64,000 bases of DNA from Perkinsus chesapeaki ATCC PRA-425 (taxonomy: Eukaryota > Protista > Perkinsozoa): positions 1 through 64,000 of the forward strand of contig JAAPAO010000053.1 of assembly GCA_013115145.1 (NCBI GenBank). Direction: 5' to 3'. Positions within the stretch are counted from its first letter, which is position 1. Every line of letters starts with the position of its first letter. A program made the translations under genes and the position numbers. Positions 59,898-64,000 of the stretch are shown here, piece by piece. A model generated the notes under the pieces. That model saw only the letters and a program-made list of their open reading frames with translations, had not been told where the DNA came from and did no database searches.

Positions 59898-62425
59898 TCA
59901 TAATAGCAACTGGGAGCTCGAGAGTGTTTGCCAACTGTAAAGGGCATTTAAACACCTCGTGAAAGTTTTGAACTATTCATTTCTCCTGACAATTTTCTGA
60001 CCACGACTTGATTATTCTTTTCGGAAGAATCTTTCGTACGCCTAGTATCGATGATATCTCCACTGAGGATATCATCGATTCGCTGAAGATTCTCCAGCAT
60101 TGCCACGCCGCACGAGATCCGCATGTTAAGTACGTTTCGAGATGTAGGCACTGAAGTCGTTAATACATCAGTTACTATATGCGAGAAATACAACTCCTTC
60201 GGAAGTATGCTACACACGCTCAGGCACATTTAGGCGACTCACCTGTTTAATGATCTGCCCGCTAAAAACATCCCAAACCCTGACACCATCGGCGCCCACG
60301 CTCACCACACGGCTGCCGTCTATACCTGAAGAGACTCTCCGAAATTTTCACTTTTCTGTTCTTCGCTTACTGCATCCTAATCCGAGAATGCTGGATTCGT
60401 GGGATCCTGTGAGAACGTGGATCTCTCTGGTTTGGACATCGATAACCTAAAAACCGATTAACACCATAACCTCATTGGAAGTAACGACAAGCTCCGATAA
60501 GAGCTCGCAATTCGCAGATGCGTCTGCACGGTGTTGCCAAAAAGTTGGAAGTGCCCTTTTACAGAAGCGACACGCAGTAGGCTATGAACCTAGCCAATCC
60601 CCAAGGTCCACTTGATATTCGAGCTCGGTGCTTTAGTCTTGTACGGTGGGTGCTCCAAGGCAAAATTCTGTATGTTGTCGAGTAACACTGTTAACCTTGG
60701 AGACGTTTCGCGGAGCTTTTTCACAATTATCTCAGACGAACTCTTGCTAGCCTCTCTTCAAGTGCTATCTCAATATGCGCCTTATATCAACAACATACTC
60801 CTTTATTGACTTGCGGATGCACCCTATGACCTATCACCGAGTCTTCCCGTACGTGAGAAATTTCAACTATGACGAGTTTCGCGTCTCGATAAGGGAACGA
60901 AAGCAACAGCAATCTACAACGAATGCACGAAGGCAGTTGACCGCAGCACAGAACAGTAATATTTCGCACGCTGAGATTCGACCGGCCCCTTACATGAACT
61001 CTGCCGTCATCACCACCAGCATAGAGCGGCCCTCTGGGGCTCACAGCTATATGTTTGATAAGTGTTGGCAGATTAAATGTAGCGACTTGACGACCACTGC
61101 CACCGGGGGTGAACTCCCACACCTTCACGTTGCCATCTGCCGAACCGGACGCTATCAGAATCCTAACACAAATGAGTTCAGTGACCTAAATCTGGTTAAA
61201 ACCCTGGTAGGAAATATCCAAGATAAAGAATCAGGCAATGCGGCGCGAGGTAGTCTAATATTTCCGCCCACTCACTTAGCGGGCTCCGTGTAAGAATTCC
61301 TCCCTGTAGCTTCCTGTAGTATCTCTAGTGCGTATACTGGTAAAGTGTGCCCACGAAATACGCGAGCAGGGCTAGGCGCGCCGCCTGAAAAGGGAACTAG
61401 GGAAGAAGCGTGGTGAGGTACCCACCTCCACTGCCGCTGCCGGAGGTTAGCAGACTTGATAGTGTGAATACCTAACAACGAGCAAGTGACCCGAGTAGTA
61501 GTGGGGCGAATTATGTGATTCACTGGCAAATGTAAGATTGAAGATGGAAACAGGACGACCTGCCTACCAGGAGTACTATATCGAGTACAGTGAAGAAGGG
61601 ATACTGGTGAGTGAAGAAAGTACAGCAGCGATAGAAGTTACGACAAGTTTGCTAATCAAAACTGATCATAGCAACCAAAATGGGATGTCGTACACCAAGT
61701 ACAAGGCGGCCGCCGAGAAATCATTCCTATGTAGACAGCGCGCACAACGCCTTCAGTCGCACAGTAACCCACCTTGATAGTGGTATCCTGGCTAGCCGTT
61801 ACAAGATAAGTGCTGTCGGCAGTTAAACGCATTTGAGTAACACTAGAGTAGTGGGCCTTCCACGTCCGAAGAAGACGACCGGTGCTCCTGAGGCAAATGG
61901 CTGATAGCCGCGCAACAACAGCAGCAAGGCCGGCCTACACTTGCCACACATATATCGTCCCCGAAACACCGCCACCAATGAGCAATTGAGCCGGTCCAGG
62001 CGTGAATAATATACTGCTGAGCTTCTGAGGTGAGCAGAATTCACGATACAGCGAGATAAGAGAAGGTTACCTCGGGCGTGGAGCACTTATAGCACGGATT
62101 CGACGAGACCCCTCGAAGGCTGTCATCATCTCCATCCAAGCTGCCGCTGTCTACCATCTTCCAGTAGTGCAAAAGGCCCTTATTGCTTTGGGCTGCACAG
62201 ATATACCCATCATCAGTGGGAACTACAGCGGCGGATAGAGAATCCTGCAAAAAGACAAATAACCAAGGTACAGGAAGGACCCCAAATCCACAAAGCCGGA
62301 AGACTTTCGAAGAGTGTCATGCCTACCTTCATTTGCCTGAGTATGGCCCCGGTATGGACATCAATAACGAATATACCGCTACCACTGCCTGTAGTGGGGA
62401 CAAGTGCCACATCCAACATACCCAT
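59898..62425 (-). CDS. WDR18: WD40 protein, WDR18/IPI3-like (Rix1 complex)
   Basis: IFVIDVHTGAILRQ, GYICAAQSNKGLLHYW, PSPARVFRGHTLPVYAL, MKVWE...YAGGDDGRVH and VVSVGADGVRVWD, in the same order as WDR18/IPI3. Confidence 0.8.
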
Positions 62426-62788
62426 ATGACGACTGCTACTAGTGGGAGTTGGCATTGTGGGGACAAAGCTGCGAGCAAAACGGATTGTTGGCAAATGATT
62501 CCATGCCTCCTAATGCAGCCCACACTATAAATGCAAGCTTAACCAGAGTATGGTGTAGAGTACAAAAGCAACGAGGCAGCCCCTCGCCCCTCCAACGCGA
62601 TCTACAACAGATTACTATAATGAATGTAGCACTTTTATTACTGTATTTATTCTACGGAGCAAAACGTATCATACACAGTGGGCAATCTTATATTACGACA
62701 TTCTGCTTTCGGGAGGTTAACAAAAGCCTTGATAGATATTGCATAGGAAAAGATGTGATAGAAACGTTAGTAGTTCGTACGTGGTAAA

Positions 62789-64000
62789 TTAGTCTCTCAG
62801 GAGCTGCGGAATGCTCGGCTGCCCATAACGCTCAACAACACCTACACAAGAAGACCGCCGTACAAAAAAGCATCGAACCTTCTGCACCCACTCGATTCGC
62901 CAAAGTGTCCTCCATTTCGAAATCGTCTTCATCATAATCAGGTTCGTCCCAGTGATTGTTAGCCGAGTCCCCAGCCACCAGCATAGCGGGCGGCAATAAC
63001 GGTATGGAGCTGTCGTATCTAGATAGGAAGGCGAAGCTGGCATAGATACACAGTAGGTCTTGATGCAGCATCATCCTTCTAGTAGGAGCTTTCTCGTATC
63101 TTCATTTATTCGTCGGCCCACCGAATTTAACGCTACACCCTCCACACACGTCGGTGACGGGAACCAGTGAAAAATCTCGAAATTCTGCTCAAGCAGAAAC
63201 CCATAACTTGTGCAAAGAGTTGAAGGGGAAAGTGCTAAGTGTCCCAAAAGTCAATATCGTCTTACAGTTCATCCTCATCAATAGATGCCAGCCTTTGCCT
63301 TTTCGGAGATGGTTCCTCCAGCGATGAGCCTCGTCGGCTTCGAGGAACATCCGGCACATGCCTGGGATGGAAGGCTGGCGAAGGCCTGATAGAAACGTAC
63401 GTGGGACACTGGACACAAAGAGGTGTTTCTGCTGGACTCACGTGGCGAATTATTTTACTAGGAAAGATCACAACGATTTTCCGCCTACCGTTGGCGCCCA
63501 TACTTTCTACTTACATAACAGTGGCTCCCTTAGAAGGCTCATGGCTTTCCTTTGCAGATGTAGGCTCCTGTAGAAAGCATTCCAAACACCATAGGGCAAA
63601 CTACCTTACCGTCATGTGTGGGGGAGGATGTAATGTATTGGCAAAACCGGCATTCCTGAGGCCTGGGGTTGCTATCCTTGACCGAGGGTTGTAGGTCAGC
63701 TCCTCATCGGTAGCGCTCGATGAATACCCACCTGAACATCATACAGCAACAACTTTGTACAATATAAGATACAGTCGAGTTGTTCGAAGCAACTAAACAA
63801 ACTGAAAATACTCGGACCATCGAGCCCCTTCCAGATGCTTATTAGTAGACAGTGCCACCACCAACTTTTCACAGCGCTACCTGCATTCCCACCACTTTTA
63901 GAACCCTGGGAGCCAACAGATAAGTAGTATAATACAATCCCCTTTCCGTGGCCAAAGAGTATCGCTATCATCATGCAAACAGCAAACAACCAAGTGACGG
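62789..64000 (-). CDS. Hypothetical membrane protein, 5' part beyond the window
   Basis: Hydrophobic exon MFAVCMMIAILFGHGKGIVLYY...WWWHCLLISIW, followed by low-complexity and acidic exons (EPSPKRQRL; DYDEDDFEMED). Confidence 0.5.

Noticed and set aside
1-64000. Genomic relics of the dinoflagellate/Perkinsus spliced leader (…TTGGCTCAAG)
   Set aside because: Only short partial matches were seen (for example gagctcaag near 12310), at chance level.

Overview
Gene-dense eukaryotic DNA of about 50% GC with many very short GT-AG introns (roughly 30-50 nt). Architecture and gene content point to a perkinsid alveolate (Perkinsus-like); this is an inference. About 27 protein-coding genes or gene fragments can be traced. 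Recognisable ones are two MFS transporters, a Wee1-family kinase, uroporphyrinogen decarboxylase, a multidomain acetyl-CoA carboxylase, FHA, ankyrin/coiled-coil, NFKBIL1-like and PHD-finger proteins, an SDR, an SLC25 carrier, DGAT1, a giant coiled-coil protein, an RlmL/THUMP-type RNA methyltransferase, TIP41, CDC50 and WDR18/IPI3. No rRNA, intact tRNA or CRISPR array was seen. The most unusual observations are: (1) an adjacent pair of N-terminally Gly/Cys-acylated, disordered proteins that share a repeated FPYLY motif (8 and 2 copies); (2) an ACC with intact BC, BCCP and CT N-lobe but a CT C-lobe that has lost its catalytic motifs while staying in frame; (3) perfect odd-length palindromes in probable introns; (4) a 59-bp tandem array inside the last coding exon of the SLC25 gene, around an assembly gap; (5) a TA-flanked mariner-type MITE; (6) an MFS exon that runs in frame into the methyltransferase. 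Exon boundaries were read by eye and many gene ends are approximate.
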